Under the pieces are notes generated by a model. It was given only the letters and a program-made list of their open reading frames with translations. It did no database searches and was not told the DNA's origin. This document shows, piece after piece, positions 62,231 to 64,000 of a stretch of DNA of 64,000 nt. Location: positions 29,698,001 through 29,762,000 of the forward strand of contig NC_045698.1 in the NCBI RefSeq assembly GCF_009834535.1, given 5' to 3'. The stretch's first letter is position 1. Every line of letters starts with the position of its first letter. Both the position numbers and the translations under genes were made by a program. Source of the stretch: Camelus ferus (lineage: Eukaryota).

Positions 62231-64000
62231 AATTACATGTGGATTTTTGACCAGGAACTGGCAGAGCTTTCTTACTCCATCCATGTCAAAGTTTCTGCAT
62301 CTTCAGTTCGTGTCATCAGCATCAGCAGTGACGCACTTTTAATACGGAGAAACCGGAGCACAGCTCAGCCTGGTAGCAGTGAAGCGGTACTTAGGGAACA
62401 GCTCCGTGGTGGGGAAATGCTGAGACTGAGGCCAGCAGAGTATCTAAGCAACCTTTCTTTCATACCATTTCCCGAAACCCCCCTGCCTGTGCCTAGCCCG
62501 GGTCACACAGCTATCTGCTCCCCTCTGCCATGAGTCTTGCTGTGGCATGGCTGCTGTGCCCCAAGGATCCATGGTGGGGACAAAGGCCAGAGCTGCCTCC
62601 GCAAGTAGTCTCTGGACATTTGCAACTAGATCACAAGACCCTGACATACCTCCAGATATTTGCTCATCCCTAGAGTATGTACTTACAAAATACAATAAAA
62701 TATACGCAGGCTGAGTTGAGGGCAGCAAAACCAGGCACCGAGCAGAATCCAGGAGGTCGGTGAGGCTTACGTAGCAGCTGTGTGACTCACCCCCTACAAA
62801 GCGGCTGGCAGTGTGAGTGAGTAGGTTGGTGTCTCAGCTAATTGGCAGTAAAAAGGACCAGGACCACCCAAGAATAGTCTGAACCTTAACTGTTCAGTTC
62901 AAACATGCCAGTGATGGACTGAATTTCCAGTCTCCTGCCTTAGATGACTGTCATTACAGGACAAGAGCCAGTCCCAGTGGGCAGAATGTCGCCACACACT
63001 TTGGGTCAGTAGCTTAAATGAGAGCTCCTGCTATGGGGGAGACAGGAACGGTGTTGACATACAGCACTTGACGTGTGGTGACGGCCACCAGCTCCTGTTC
63101 ATCAACACACCTGGTTTTCAACCTCTAGCAGCAGCTAACGTAGGTTCAACTACACAGAAGTCTACACCAGCTTGGACCGGCCCAGCCAGCCTCTGCCTGA
63201 GACTGTCCTGTACAACTTATGGGCACAGGGTCCCCCAGTCACCCAGCCCTTTCCCTACAAAACCCTCTCAGGGAGAACCTGTGAGTGGTGGTTTTCTCCT
63301 CACCCTGATTTTTAAGTCAGTGGGTTACTTTCCCAGAATTGGTTGAGTTTAAACCCATAACCTTAAACTGGGTATGATAGAGAATTTAGTTGGAGAATTC
63401 AGAGCCATCCACAAAGGCATCTTTGGGGCCTACCCCCCGCCCCCACCCCATTCCTTGTAACTGCCTGCTGACCCACAGGTCATCAGGCAGAATCACCAGC
63501 CGCCACAACGCAAGGACCACCCTCATCTTTCACAAGCAGCAGGCACCCCGGTCCCATTTTGGCTTTTCTAGCAACACTCACATTGCTGTCAACAGTGTCA
63601 TCCCTCAAAACCAGAGTGAAGCTCCCTCTGCATCTGTAGTTAGCAGCATAAAGGCGGTGATGACGTATGACATAAACACACTTTGAAACCTGATGCGGCT
63701 GGTCCTACAGAGTGGATTCCGGGCACCCCATCTGCCCATCACCGCGCGACCCGGGAGGCCCCGGGGCCTGGAGCACTGCTTTAGCCTCAACTGCCAATTG
63801 GGCTTTTCTCTGGTCTATGTTTCCCAAATGCGTCCAAAACAACTTCACAGTATTTCATCAGATACGTCTAAGGAATCTCCATTTCTGTTTATACAACTTA
63901 CCAGCCTTAAGCCTCAGCTAATTACAGTGTCTGTGTGGCATTTCCACAGCAGTGTTGCAGGTATTAGAGCGTGATGACCGGGTCCCAGCCGTGGAGGAAA

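Larger units (their letters stand above)
56896..64000 (+). other. GHR: GHR intron 2 (5' part; exon 3 not seen in window)
   Basis: Begins GTAAGT after exon 2; no exon 3-like coding sequence recognised to the window end. Confidence 0.85.

Noticed and set aside
851-63974. Six-frame ORF track (60-230 aa ORFs) as genes
   Set aside because: No recognisable protein homology. Many use non-ATG starts, overlap repeats or microsatellites, and have lengths expected by chance in mammalian intronic DNA. The real coding exon (70 nt) is not in the track.

Overview
Mammalian genomic DNA, not prokaryotic: CpG-depleted and rich in LINE, SINE, LTR and DNA-transposon fragments. The window lies in the 5' part of the growth hormone receptor gene (GHR, + strand). 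It contains GHR exon 2 (56815-56895; ATG at 56826, encoding [23 protein letters not shown]). About 14.5 kb upstream lies the putative liver-type promoter and untranslated exon 1A/V1 (TATA ~42115, splice donor 42364), with HNF4-, C/EBP- and ONECUT-like motifs. The young SINEs match the camelid tRNA-derived vic-1 type and I saw no ruminant, pig or horse SINEs, so the source is most likely a camelid (inference). The rest is intronic or upstream sequence with young L1 3' ends, ancient L1M/L2/MIR/MLT1/MER elements, microsatellites and five N runs. I found no rRNA, tRNA gene or CRISPR array, and no protein-coding exon other than GHR exon 2; the supplied ORFs look spurious. I did not find a convincing new biological system. 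The best leads are a (GGGA)5 G-quadruplex motif next to the 1A TATA box, overlapping uORFs in exon 1A, candidate extra first exons, and several mechanistically informative insertions or duplications. Repeat family names and cross-species comparisons come from recalled consensus sequences, and the boundaries of old repeats are approximate.
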